Below the pieces are notes generated by a model, which did not search any database, was not told the DNA's origin, and saw nothing but the letters and a program-made list of their open reading frames with translations. Shown piece after piece: positions 36,768 through 46,744 of a DNA stretch of 47,664 nt; the stretch's first letter is position 1, and every line of letters begins with the position of its first letter. The stretch spans positions 1 through 47,664 of the forward strand of contig JBIKLL010000016.1 of NCBI GenBank assembly GCA_044359815.1, in the 5' to 3' direction. The DNA is from Pseudobdellovibrionaceae bacterium. GTDB taxonomy: Bacteria; Bdellovibrionota; Bdellovibrionia; Bdellovibrionales; Bdellovibrionaceae. The position numbers were made by a program, and so were the translations under genes.

Positions 36768-39751
36768 GGTTTTTTTGCCAGCTCGTCGGCTAAAATTCCA
36801 AAAACTTTGCCAAGCTTTCTGCGATCTACAGCCAGTTTCCATTTAGCCTTATTTTTGTTCCAAATAATTAACTCAACGGCGTTAGGTATTCGTGTTCGAT
36901 CTAAAATAAAGGTAAAAGCCGCTAGCAATAATTCATCGGAAACATTGGCCACCCTGCCCAGCATTTTTTGAAAAACTGGAAATGCGGCAATGGCCTCTTG
37001 AGTGTTGATGAAATTATCGCCACCGTCTGGGCCTCTATCAAACCGCTGAAAAGCAGTTTCCAAATACTGAACTACGAACGGAAACAGAGCTGCATCCCCT
37101 AATTTGATTTGCGTGGTTCCATCAGGGGTGTAACCTGCAGCTTTCAATAGGTTTATTGCCAGCTCTGAAAACTCTGCCTTGGAAAGTCCTCTAAAATGTT
37201 TTACCAGATCTGGTAATTGCTTGAAGGCTGTGTCGTATTTCATGACATAGGTGTCCATCAAACATTCTATTTCTACCGTTCGATCAGGCTTAAAGGCGGC
37301 AGGTGTGATGGGACAGTTGTCTTTGATAGCGGTTGACAGTTCTTCGTCAACTGAAACACCAGAAAAAATCATCAGAGCCAAATCAAAACCTTCTTTAAAA
37401 TTTAAATACGAATCATCACCATCTGCTGCCGAGGTAAACAAACTGCCATCGCGGTATCTTTTGTCAATAAAGTCATCCTTGCGGGGATCTAACATCTCCA
37501 TGTCACTAAAAAAGGGTTTAACATCTCTAAACAGCTCTCGCATTTCTTCACGGTTAGTGCCCGAATAAAAATTGATTCGATTTAAATCTTTTGAATAGGA
37601 TCTCAAAATAATCCTATAAATAGCTCTAAAAATATTTATAAACCCGGCATTTCTGAGGTTGTAACGGCCTTCTTGGTAACTCAAAAACAATCTGTCATTA
37701 TCCTGAGGAACCCTGTCGTCGGGTCTACCCATAATCTGATTGTTAAAAGTCATTGGTATCATCGAATCAAAAACCAAAACAAATTCGTTCACGACATTTG
37801 AACTCTCTGCGTCCATCCAGAAATCTTTGAACTGCTTATGACTGACACCAATTATACCACCCGTTTGACTGATTAATCCATCTATGTGCCTCTCACCCTG
37901 AATCCAATGTTCCAGCTCACTCTGCAGCACAACTAGAGTTTGCTCAGTGATTCCTGTCGGCGTTTTTCCTGCCAATCGATCTAGGGGGTTGGTCAGCCAT
38001 TTTTTAACGATGGCATCTACCAAAATATTTATGGAAGTTTCTTGAACTCTTTTATCCAAAACTTCGGCTCTAACAAGTGCGTTGGTCATTCGGTAGATTT
38101 CAGAAAGTGGAATTTGAAAATTAGGTTTGGTCTGAAGCAATCCTTTAAACAATTTGACTAAATCCTGAGTGATAATTTCAAACTCAGCCAAACCCTTTCC
38201 ACCAAACCAAGTTTTGTCCTTAGCAAAATAATGAAAGTATGCGTACTGAGTGTATATTTGTGCCACCCAATCCAAAATCCTTGGCCATTGAGACCTGCCC
38301 ACTACCGAAGATTGATCACTGGCAATCATGTTTTTAAATGAAACCGCCAAGGGTATGTATTGCTGGGCAAGTTTTCCCCACTCTTTGGGTTTGCGGTTTC
38401 TTTCAAGACTCAACTTGTCGATTTCTTCAGCCAATTTAATTAAATTGTTCAGGTCATATGAAGTATCAAACTGATTGGCCAGATCAGAGCCAATCTGCTT
38501 TAAGCTTTGCTTTGCTTGGACAAAATATTCTTTCCCCTCGGCTTCAGGCAATTTCTCGGGATGCCACGAAAGACCGTAGACATCAGCATATTGAACAACC
38601 CTGGTAGTTATGGATCTGAATGAATCCACTTTTGTTCGTGCGTATTCAAATTCCTCTGGAACAAACTGATCCTCGCTGCCGCCAAAAATCAAAATTTTGA
38701 TTTTCATAGCTTGATTGACCAGTTCTTCGGTGATCAGGATATCAGGAAAAAAACTGGTCAAGGCCTTAATGATTTGTAAAAGCTCATCCTTGGTAAATCG
38801 ACCTCCTGGTTTTTCACGAACCATGTCACCAAAATAAGAAAACAAATCATCCACTGATCGAAACAAAAAATGGATTTCAGGAGCGCTTCCAAAGGCATCG
38901 CTGTCCTTTAGAAAATAATGATACCTCATGTATTGCACAAAACCTCTGGCACCTATCAGTGAAAACCGTCGCCATTCGTGAGCCTCTATGGTTTCCTCGC
39001 GCCCGCCTGCCAAAGTCAGTTTTAGCTTTTGGATTAGAGGCATGGCTTTTTCAATATCATCTGCAATTTGCCAATGCTCTTGATAAAGACCCGCAAGCTC
39101 TCTGAGCAAAACGGCAAAGTCAGAAATGCGATAATCCTGTCGGTTAGAAGCAATCACGGATGAGATCATTTTTGCAGCGTCTTGAATAGCCAAATTGGCG
39201 TCTTCAAAAAAAGACATTTCTGATTCATCAAGAGACTTCGAATTTGGATTCCAATTAAAACTGTAGATCTTCATATAGGGAAGAATTTTTAAACTTAATA
39301 CCCTGATGGCTTCAGCAAAAGTTTTTAGTTTTTCGATTTCCCCACGAGTGATCAGATTAACATCACCACCAACAAAAATTTTCTTAAGCTTAAAGATTTC
39401 GCGCAGTAAAACATCGTTGATTTTAATATTTTCGTCTAAAAAAAGATCTTCGAAAAACTTGGCAATTTCGCGCGATGTGAATTTATCCGGATATTTTTCG
39501 CCCCGAACTCTTTTCTGAAACAAACTCAGTCCGTCCTTAAAACAAATCCAGGTATCAGATATTTTTTGAGCCGTGGCTGTGCCGTTCATAAAGGCTTCCA
39601 TGGTTGGAAGCACGTCAGACAGACACCTGGTTTCCTCGCCCAATTTACCACTGTCTTGCTGCGGGATAGTTGTGGGCAGCTCGTTCAACGGAAGCGAGCA
39701 AGAAGTCAGACTTATAAATAACCAGCTCAATAACAAGATTCTAAAAAACAT
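36764..39751 (-). CDS. Large helical lipoprotein with EF-hand-like motifs and four internal repeats (paralog of 9139-11436)
   Basis: Lipobox LTSC; K...GG....I...E repeats; DGDDSYLNFKE and DRGPDGGDNFINTQE loops. Confidence 0.8.
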   Translation of the reverse strand: MFFRILLLSWLFISLTSCSLPLNELPTTIPQQDSGKLGEETRCLSDVLPTMEAFMNGTATAQKISDTWICFKDGLSLFQKRVRGEKYPDKFTSREIAKFFEDLFLDENIKINDVLLREIFKLKKIFVGGDVNLITRGEIEKLKTFAEAIRVLSLKILPYMKIYSFNWNPNSKSLDESEMSFFEDANLAIQDAAKMISSVIASNRQDYRISDFAVLLRELAGLYQEHWQIADDIEKAMPLIQKLKLTLAGGREETIEAHEWRRFSLIGARGFVQYMRYHYFLKDSDAFGSAPEIHFLFRSVDDLFSYFGDMVREKPGGRFTKDELLQIIKALTSFFPDILITEELVNQAMKIKILIFGGSEDQFVPEEFEYARTKVDSFRSITTRVVQYADVYGLSWHPEKLPEAEGKEYFVQAKQSLKQIGSDLANQFDTSYDLNNLIKLAEEIDKLSLERNRKPKEWGKLAQQYIPLAVSFKNMIASDQSSVVGRSQWPRILDWVAQIYTQYAYFHYFAKDKTWFGGKGLAEFEIITQDLVKLFKGLLQTKPNFQIPLSEIYRMTNALVRAEVLDKRVQETSINILVDAIVKKWLTNPLDRLAGKTPTGITEQTLVVLQSELEHWIQGERHIDGLISQTGGIIGVSHKQFKDFWMDAESSNVVNEFVLVFDSMIPMTFNNQIMGRPDDRVPQDNDRLFLSYQEGRYNLRNAGFINIFRAIYRIILRSYSKDLNRINFYSGTNREEMRELFRDVKPFFSDMEMLDPRKDDFIDKRYRDGSLFTSAADGDDSYLNFKEGFDLALMIFSGVSVDEELSTAIKDNCPITPAAFKPDRTVEIECLMDTYVMKYDTAFKQLPDLVKHFRGLSKAEFSELAINLLKAAGYTPDGTTQIKLGDAALFPFVVQYLETAFQRFDRGPDGGDNFINTQEAIAAFPVFQKMLGRVANVSDELLLAAFTFILDRTRIPNAVELIIWNKNKAKWKLAVDRRKLGKVFGILADELAKKP

Positions 39752-41159
39752 AGTTCAGACCTCCATACAGACGGTCGTTGGCTCTGAACTGATTTATAAA
39801 GCCCGTATCAGTGTCTTTGTTTGCAGTCGAATCTGGCCCCAAAGCATCAGCGCCAAGTACTACGGCCATGGCGTTGGCTGGAAAGATCTGCAATTCAGCG
39901 CTGACTATGGATCCCTGCTGGGCCCAATCACGCAAATATTTAAATTGAGTTGTGACTTTTTTTTGTAAGATTCTGGTCTCAAAACCCAGTTTATAAAATC
40001 CAGCATTAGTCAGCAAGACCCGGGAATCAAATAAGGCCCCTTGCTCGGCTCCGCTGGCATCAAAGTCTCGGATTTCACCACCAGAGGCTTTCATATATCC
40101 AAACTGAGTTTTTATTGGATATTTTAAAAACCCCAGATTTAGTTTCTGATCTAAATGCAATCCCACAACTGTCAGCGGATACAGTTTTTGTTGTATCGAT
40201 TCACCTGGAACCACAATTTCCTGTGGTTTGTCTGTCATCGCACTGGCTGACACCATCCAGTTTTCAGCACCATACCCAATATCCGCAGAAGTTAAATCAT
40301 GATAACCCACCACAGGACTAATAATGGCCTCACCCATGGTTCCCTGAGTTTCAGACAACACCAATTGAGCATCGTATTTTAACATCAAACTATTCACGGG
40401 CTTATGAGCATAACCCACAGTGGCCCAAAAACCTGAATCTTTCTGACCCACCATAATTCTGGCTGCGGCCCCTGGCTTGTTAACCAAATCAGCATAATCA
40501 GGAACATCGATTGAATATATCAGTGGCATTGTTCGATCTCTGATTTTTGATAAACTGGAGGGAGACCTGACCCATCTGTTAACGGGTTCTAATTTGCCAT
40601 TGTCTTCTTGTAGAGCTGGCCCCATTGTTGGGACAAACAAAGGACTGGCCAAGGCTAATAGTTGGAATGGCCCGACTGTGGTTTTTAAAAAAATCCCCGC
40701 CAGGCCCTGTTCCTCGGTTCGCAAAGTATCTATCGCCCAGTTGGGTTGCCACAGGCCAAGATTAAAATCTGAGTCCACCTGATTCCAGTGTTCCCGCTTC
40801 CGTCCAATTGATATCTGATGCCTGTCAGTCGTAAAAATTTTTGAAGTGTAAATTTCGTAAACCCCAAGTTCGTTGACCTTGGTATCGACATATTGGCCAG
40901 CAACAAAATCAAATTTTGATTCATAGTTTTCCGAATGCTGTCCCAAAACCACCCGAGCACTGATCAGATTGCTTTGGCTCAGTTGTGGAGATTCGGGCAG
41001 CTCAGTGGGATATGAAATTTGCTCGACCCGCAAAAAACCATCAGCGCTTAGGCCTTTTTGTGAAACACCGATTTCTGCTTTGGAAAAATTATTGATAGAT
41101 TCGGCAGACAGCCGAAGACCCAATACACTAAAAAAAATAAAACATCCCCATTGTTTCAT
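39741..41159 (-). CDS. Predicted outer-membrane beta-barrel protein (paralog of 11426-12874)
   Basis: Signal peptide; shares GRK, FN.GL.QP, QGL.G, ASPL..P and YA.KP.N motifs; ends GGLNYVF. Confidence 0.8.
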   Translation of the reverse strand: MKQWGCFIFFSVLGLRLSAESINNFSKAEIGVSQKGLSADGFLRVEQISYPTELPESPQLSQSNLISARVVLGQHSENYESKFDFVAGQYVDTKVNELGVYEIYTSKIFTTDRHQISIGRKREHWNQVDSDFNLGLWQPNWAIDTLRTEEQGLAGIFLKTTVGPFQLLALASPLFVPTMGPALQEDNGKLEPVNRWVRSPSSLSKIRDRTMPLIYSIDVPDYADLVNKPGAAARIMVGQKDSGFWATVGYAHKPVNSLMLKYDAQLVLSETQGTMGEAIISPVVGYHDLTSADIGYGAENWMVSASAMTDKPQEIVVPGESIQQKLYPLTVVGLHLDQKLNLGFLKYPIKTQFGYMKASGGEIRDFDASGAEQGALFDSRVLLTNAGFYKLGFETRILQKKVTTQFKYLRDWAQQGSIVSAELQIFPANAMAVVLGADALGPDSTANKDTDTGFINQFRANDRLYGGLNYVF

Positions 41160-41265
41160 TAAAAAAGCGTTCCCCTCACTTTTTGTAATTATACAGTGAA
41201 CCTAGAACCATTGCTCTAATAATCTTAGAAAAGTGTCTAGAATTTCAGGCCTTTGCTACTGAGCA

Positions 41266-41937
41266 TCAGCCTGCTTTTTTGAAATTTTTTTGAACCGTGT
41301 CCAGTTTAGAAAAATCACCAGACCACAGACCTTGGGACTGCAAAAAAATCTTTGCTAAATTTTGATCAAACTGAGTTCCCGAACAATTTTTAATTTCAGT
41401 ATAAACCCATTCTTTAGGCAAACCATTTCTGTATGATCGGTTGTGTGTCATGGCATCGTAAGCATCCACAATAAAAACCACTCTGGCTAAAACCGGAATT
41501 TCATCGCCTGCTAATTTATTGGGGTAACCTTTGCCATCCACTCTTTCGTGATGAGCCACCACTACCTGAGCGACTTGGCTGAAAAATTCATGGGTCATTA
41601 AGGGTTTAATAATTTCAACACTCATATTGGGATGATCCATCATTAATTTATATTCGGCATCATCAAGCTTGCCTGGTTTATGAATGATGTTTTTTGAAAT
41701 CCCCATTTTACCAACATCGTGTAAAATTCCTGCGAACTCAGCCATTTTGGCTTCAAAATCATTGAACCCAGCAGCCTTGGCCAACATTAATGACTGCTCG
41801 CCCACTCTTAAACAATGAGCAGCAGTTTCGGGATCTACCAATTTTAAAGAATTAATAATGCTTTGAACTGCTGCGGTTGCCCATTGGGGAATATCACCCC
41901 ATTTCAAATGATCTGGCTTTTTGTTAACCGACAACAA
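41266..41937 (-). CDS. Stand-alone HD-GYP domain cyclic dinucleotide phosphodiesterase
   Basis: H..RV, LHDVGK, HHERVDGKGYP, DAYDAMT..RSYR and GTQFD motifs. Confidence 0.92.
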   Translation of the reverse strand: MLSVNKKPDHLKWGDIPQWATAAVQSIINSLKLVDPETAAHCLRVGEQSLMLAKAAGFNDFEAKMAEFAGILHDVGKMGISKNIIHKPGKLDDAEYKLMMDHPNMSVEIIKPLMTHEFFSQVAQVVVAHHERVDGKGYPNKLAGDEIPVLARVVFIVDAYDAMTHNRSYRNGLPKEWVYTEIKNCSGTQFDQNLAKIFLQSQGLWSGDFSKLDTVQKNFKKAG

Positions 41938-42006
41938 ACCCCCTAAGGACTTATTAACGTTTCGGATTACTAGTCCAGTTACTGTAGACGCATGTCCTAT
42001 TTTGAA

Positions 42007-42639
42007 TCACTTTTCCAAATATTTTTGAAAGATCTGCTGAGTTTCTTTAAACTTTTTTTCTTTGGAAACATCAAAAGCCGTATAGCCTTTTTTATTTTTT
42101 AACTCGATGATGACCCCCTGACTGAGCAAATAATCAGCCATATCCGGCATTCCGTACCGTGCAGCTTCAAATAAAACAGTTTCTCCGTCAGAATTTTGAA
42201 CCTGTATCATTTTGGGATTTTTTAGAACCAAGTATTTAACCAGCTTTAGTTCACCGGCACGAACCGGATCAAACAACACTGTTTCTTGTTTTTTACCATA
42301 AGTTCTATCCAACAAAGCACCGTTTTCTACCATCAACTTTGTAGCTGCAAAATTGAGATTGGAAGTGGCATAAAAAAGCGCATCATTGCCTCTGTTATCC
42401 TGAGCGTTCACATCCACATTTTTTTTAACCAGAGCCTGAGCCATTCGGAGCCGGTTAAAATGAACCGCCATAATCAAAGGCGTACTGCCATCTTTGCTTT
42501 TTTGATTTAAATCTTCCTTGGTCAATGCCTTTGAAAACTTCTGATATTTATTTTCTTCAATAAACTTAAATATGGTTTCAGCACTCTTGGGTTTGGACCA
42601 AAGCGGTAAAATTAAAAGTGCTGCTAAAAATGCATTCAT
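42007..42639 (-). CDS. Ankyrin-repeat protein with probable signal peptide
   Basis: GSTPLIMAV, GNDALFYA, GETVLFEAA and GYTAFD repeats; hydrophobic N-terminus. Confidence 0.88.
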   Translation of the reverse strand: MNAFLAALLILPLWSKPKSAETIFKFIEENKYQKFSKALTKEDLNQKSKDGSTPLIMAVHFNRLRMAQALVKKNVDVNAQDNRGNDALFYATSNLNFAATKLMVENGALLDRTYGKKQETVLFDPVRAGELKLVKYLVLKNPKMIQVQNSDGETVLFEAARYGMPDMADYLLSQGVIIELKNKKGYTAFDVSKEKKFKETQQIFQKYLEK

Positions 42640-42640
42640 A

Positions 42641-44710
42641 TCAAAAATTCACTCCTACACCAACGATTGCATACAAAGAATAGTAGTTAAAATTCCAAGC
42701 TGAATATTGAACACCTTCGATGATTTCTGGGGGACTAACCCCGTCAACTCTGCGATCGTAAATTCTGTTATAGTTAATACTTCGGAGTCCAAAGCCCAAT
42801 TCCCCAAAAAACCTTTTTGACCAAAGCACCTTCCCGTGAAAATTAAGTGAAAAATTTCCGAAATTTTTAGGAGGACTAAAATCCGGATTCAAAGCAGCTC
42901 TTTTGTTAGTGCCGCCTACATACATAATGGCTTCCACATCAACCCACTTAGGGTATCTGAGCCAAGGAAATATATTTAAAACTTCGTCAAAACCTTTAGG
43001 CATGGACCTGGCCCAAAACATCCCTCCGCCAAACATAGTGTTAGAAGCATCATAGAAATTCATAGCCATTGCGCTCAGGATCAGCCCCGCCGTTTCGTCC
43101 CGACCCCAAATCCCTGGCGTGAGTCGGTATTTTAAATCAGCAGTTTGAAACTTAAGCTTACTAAAAATGGAAACTGTTGATGAAGGCAAATCCGATCTGG
43201 GAATTTTAATTTCCACATCGTTGATACTTTCATTTGATTTTAATGAAATCCCCCATCGCAGTCTTGAAAACAACAAATTGCTAGAGCCAAACAAATCTTC
43301 AAACCAATAATTAAAAGCCCCTTCCATAACTGAAACGGAATTTGAATTTCCTAATACCTGTCCAAGCCTTAACCCAATTTCCCTGGGAAAGCCTCGATAC
43401 ATTTCGTAATAAACCTTATATTTTTTCTGAGAATTCTCTACATTTAGGGTCGATTTTGCCATGGCTGCCCATTCGGTGGCTTTAAATCTCCATCGATAAT
43501 TAAAATCTGAGTCTTTCAAAGACTCTACAGTATTTTGCTCGGTGAATAGATTGCCACCATCTGGTGCTTTTACATAAACTTTTGCATTGTTCACATAAGT
43601 TACTTTGGGAGTGTATTTGTCTATGAACACGCGGTCTTGCTCAGTTGGAACATCAGTTATCGAAAGCTTTTGATAAAAAACACCCCCACCATCTTCGGAC
43701 CTGACGCTCATCCCAGGCTTACCTTTGGGTATGACCGTTTGATAAAAAAATCTTTTATCACCAATGGTGTCGTACCATCCAAAAAATCTAAAAAATCTGC
43801 TGATTTTTTCTTGGTTGATTTCGGTGTGTAGTCCGATGGGACGAGAGCCCTCAATCACTGCCGAATAATCGCCTGAATCCAATTGCACCAAATCAATCAT
43901 TCTAAAAAACGGCGCTACAACATAAAAATCCACACTCATTCCATTGGAAAGCTCACTGTAAAACTGAACCCCTTCACCTATTTTGGTGGAATAACTGGAT
44001 TTTAACTGTGCTGTTTCATTATTGACAATCACTCTGGCGGGCTGCAACCCGACCGGTGCCAATACAAATTTCAACTCCGAATTTTCTTTTTTGATTTCGT
44101 ATCTAGGAGTGCAGATTCGGGTCCGTCCAAACTTACCCTCCTCTGTCATGCAAAATCTAAAATTCTCGTTGAAATTCCAAAATTCGGGCGAACCTTCTTT
44201 CATTTTCACTACAGCAAATTTAACTTCGTCGATATTTATACCGGTTTGCTTTTTCAAGGTTCTAAGAATTTTTTCTTTATCTTCTGCAAAATCACTCAGA
44301 CTATTTTTGGGTATGCGATAAACCCATCTAACACGACCGGATTTCGTAATCATTTCCAACAGACCCGATTGAAACAAATTGTGGGGAAAATATATAAGCA
44401 AATTATTTTTAACCAATTGCAGTCTGAAGGATCTTTCGTCGATCTGCAAATCGCCAATGACCAGTTGCTTTCCTTCACTGGATTGCAAATCGTAACTGAC
44501 CGACAATGCCCCATTGACGACTTCGTTTTCGACATCAAAAAACAAAGGAACCAAGTTGTCAGAATTCAATTTGGGATTTACCGGATTGGTCGCAGCTGAT
44601 TCTATTCGCTTACTGGTATCCTGTTTTGCATCCGCAGGCACAGCCGCTTGCTGGGCATTCAATGTGCCTGAAAAAACAAAAATTGCTGCCGCCGTTACCA
44701 AAGATGTCAC
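42641..44710 (-). CDS. Exported protein with C-terminal beta-barrel (paralog of 25060-26739)
   Basis: Signal-like N-terminus; FRFC...ICT Cys pair; ends IVGVGVNF. Confidence 0.72.
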   Translation of the reverse strand: MTSLVTAAAIFVFSGTLNAQQAAVPADAKQDTSKRIESAATNPVNPKLNSDNLVPLFFDVENEVVNGALSVSYDLQSSEGKQLVIGDLQIDERSFRLQLVKNNLLIYFPHNLFQSGLLEMITKSGRVRWVYRIPKNSLSDFAEDKEKILRTLKKQTGINIDEVKFAVVKMKEGSPEFWNFNENFRFCMTEEGKFGRTRICTPRYEIKKENSELKFVLAPVGLQPARVIVNNETAQLKSSYSTKIGEGVQFYSELSNGMSVDFYVVAPFFRMIDLVQLDSGDYSAVIEGSRPIGLHTEINQEKISRFFRFFGWYDTIGDKRFFYQTVIPKGKPGMSVRSEDGGGVFYQKLSITDVPTEQDRVFIDKYTPKVTYVNNAKVYVKAPDGGNLFTEQNTVESLKDSDFNYRWRFKATEWAAMAKSTLNVENSQKKYKVYYEMYRGFPREIGLRLGQVLGNSNSVSVMEGAFNYWFEDLFGSSNLLFSRLRWGISLKSNESINDVEIKIPRSDLPSSTVSIFSKLKFQTADLKYRLTPGIWGRDETAGLILSAMAMNFYDASNTMFGGGMFWARSMPKGFDEVLNIFPWLRYPKWVDVEAIMYVGGTNKRAALNPDFSPPKNFGNFSLNFHGKVLWSKRFFGELGFGLRSINYNRIYDRRVDGVSPPEIIEGVQYSAWNFNYYSLYAIVGVGVNF

Positions 44711-44771
44711 AAAATCACTTTCTGCAGTTAAATCTTGCTGGATTTAGCATCGATTTTAACTTAAGTATCTA

Positions 44772-45509
44772 ATGTCTGAAAGGATTTTGATGATTACAGC
44801 CCGAACTCTATACCTATTTGATGTTGCTAAAATTGCCGACCACACCCCTACCATCAGAGAGCTTTTTTTAAAATTGAAATCTCATGATAATTTTCAGTTT
44901 AAAGCAGGCCAGTTTGTAACACTTCATGTTCCTACACCTGAAAAACCAACTTTACGAGCCTACAGTATAGCTAGCCCTGATTCAGAAACTAAAGGCTTTC
45001 GTCTGATATTCAAACATGTCGAAAACGGCATTGCCTCTACCTATATCTGGGGGCTGAACAATGGGGCTGAATTAAAATTCACTGGCCCTTTTGGCAAAGT
45101 TCTATTTAAGGAGCCAGCAACCAAACAAAATATTTTTTTAAGTACGGGCTCAGGATTGTCCCAACATTTTAGTTTCGTCGCTTCAAAAGCCAAAAGTTTG
45201 CCTGAGTGTCAGTTTAAAATGCTGGTGGGAGTTCGTAATGAATCAGAAATCTATTACCAGCAAGAACTGCGCGATTTGAAAAATTCTTTACCGAATTTCC
45301 AGTTTGAGTTTGTGTTAAGCCGCCCTTCTGAAACCTGGACAGGCAAAAAAGGCTACGTTCAACATTTTTTACCTGAATATGATTATTTAAATATTCCTTC
45401 CACCATTTATTTATGTGGTAACGGAGGAATGATTAAGGACGTTAAAAAGAAATTGCTAGAGGAACAAGGATTTGACCGCACAAAAATACTCGCTGAGGCC
45501 TTTGATTGA
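44772..45509 (+). CDS. Ferredoxin-NADP reductase-like FAD/NAD(P)-binding oxidoreductase
   Basis: FKAGQF, RAYSIAS, GIAS, GPFG, TGSG, YLCG motifs and terminal EAFD. Confidence 0.9.
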   Translation: MSERILMITARTLYLFDVAKIADHTPTIRELFLKLKSHDNFQFKAGQFVTLHVPTPEKPTLRAYSIASPDSETKGFRLIFKHVENGIASTYIWGLNNGAELKFTGPFGKVLFKEPATKQNIFLSTGSGLSQHFSFVASKAKSLPECQFKMLVGVRNESEIYYQQELRDLKNSLPNFQFEFVLSRPSETWTGKKGYVQHFLPEYDYLNIPSTIYLCGNGGMIKDVKKKLLEEQGFDRTKILAEAFD

Positions 45510-46335
45510 GCTGTTGTTTTCCACAGCCCTTTGGGGACTGGGATTTCCGGCCACAGCATGGATTCTGAAAAACTTAGACCCCGCCAGCAATCTATTTTAC
45601 AGACTGCAGTTTTGCTTTTGGCTTTCTGCCGGAATCATTTTGCTTTCAAAACACAAAGGCCTTTTTAACCTGGCCAATTTGCGGTTGGGATTGATTCCTG
45701 GATTTTTTCTGGGACTCAATCTGCTACTGCAAACTGTGGGATTGCAATACACTTCCCCCACTAAATCTGCATTTATCACAGTCTTGTACGTGGTGATGGT
45801 GCCCATTATTGAATTGGCTTTTCACAGGCAATATATATCAAAAAAACTTTTAATCGCGATTCTGGGAGCCCTGATTGGAGTGTATTTTGTATCTCAGATT
45901 CAGGATTTTAATCTGAACATAGGCGACGTCCTAACATTGCTATGTGCGTTGGCTGCAGCCTTTCAGATTTATTTTGTCGGTAAAATTTCCAGAAAAAGTA
46001 ATGCGGCATTTACCCTAAATGCTTTTCAATCATTGGTGGCCTCGGTGCTGATGGTGCCATTTATGTTTTTTGAGGATAAAACCAATTTGATGTCGTTAGA
46101 CACAGGCGGCTGGTTGGCCTTTGTACTGACCGTTGTCGGCGGCTCGATGATAGCTTTTTATCTGCAAATCAAAGCACAACAGCAGATTTCAGCCTCTACG
46201 GCTGGAGTTTTGTTTTTATTGGAATCACCATTTGCCTTTTTGTTTTCTTTTATGATTTTTGGCGAAACTTTGACTTTGAGTCAGTTGCTAGGATGCATTC
46301 TTATTTTAGTCAGTTGCACTTACGCGATTTTGTAA
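45472..46335 (+). CDS. DMT/EamA family transporter
   Basis: About 10 TMs; LWG, QTVGLQYT, SAFIT, GDVLTL and LLESPFA motifs. Confidence 0.88.
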   Translation: MTAQKYSLRPLIELLFSTALWGLGFPATAWILKNLDPASNLFYRLQFCFWLSAGIILLSKHKGLFNLANLRLGLIPGFFLGLNLLLQTVGLQYTSPTKSAFITVLYVVMVPIIELAFHRQYISKKLLIAILGALIGVYFVSQIQDFNLNIGDVLTLLCALAAAFQIYFVGKISRKSNAAFTLNAFQSLVASVLMVPFMFFEDKTNLMSLDTGGWLAFVLTVVGGSMIAFYLQIKAQQQISASTAGVLFLLESPFAFLFSFMIFGETLTLSQLLGCILILVSCTYAIL

Positions 46336-46370
46336 TATTATAGTTGAAAATCAATTGAAAGGACCAACAA

Positions 46371-46679
46371 ATGACTGACAATTCAATTAATTCTAATCGC
46401 AGAAATTTTTTAAAGCTCAGCTTAGGTATTGCACCGGCATTGTTGTTGTTAAAACCTCAGAGCCTGTTTGCCCAGGATGTGTTGGTCAAAGAGGGCGAAG
46501 TTTTTCAATACAAAGCTAAAGGCCCCGCTGACAAGGCTTGCAAAATCTGCATTCACTATGATTCACAAAAAAAGGGCGAAAAAACAGTTGGGGGCTGCAA
46601 AGCTGCTGATTGCCGATTGATCCCTGGTAAATATGTTTGTGCAGAAGCTAGCTGCCAATTATGGGCAAAAAAAGTTTAA
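46371..46679 (+). CDS. Tat-exported HiPIP-like (high-potential iron-sulfur) protein
   Basis: NRRNFLK Tat motif; Y...CKICIHY...C.LIPG..V....C..W pattern. Confidence 0.72.
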   Translation: MTDNSINSNRRNFLKLSLGIAPALLLLKPQSLFAQDVLVKEGEVFQYKAKGPADKACKICIHYDSQKKGEKTVGGCKAADCRLIPGKYVCAEASCQLWAKKV

Positions 46680-46744
46680 CCTGATCTGCAGATTTTTATT
46701 CAACATTCGATTTAAATTTTTTAGATTCAAAGATAGGAGGGCTT

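Noticed and set aside
44711..44750. Possible frameshifted signal-peptide N-region (MLNPARFNCRK) upstream of the 42641-44710 gene
   Set aside because: The GTG start gives a usable hydrophobic leader, and there is no independent evidence of a frameshift.
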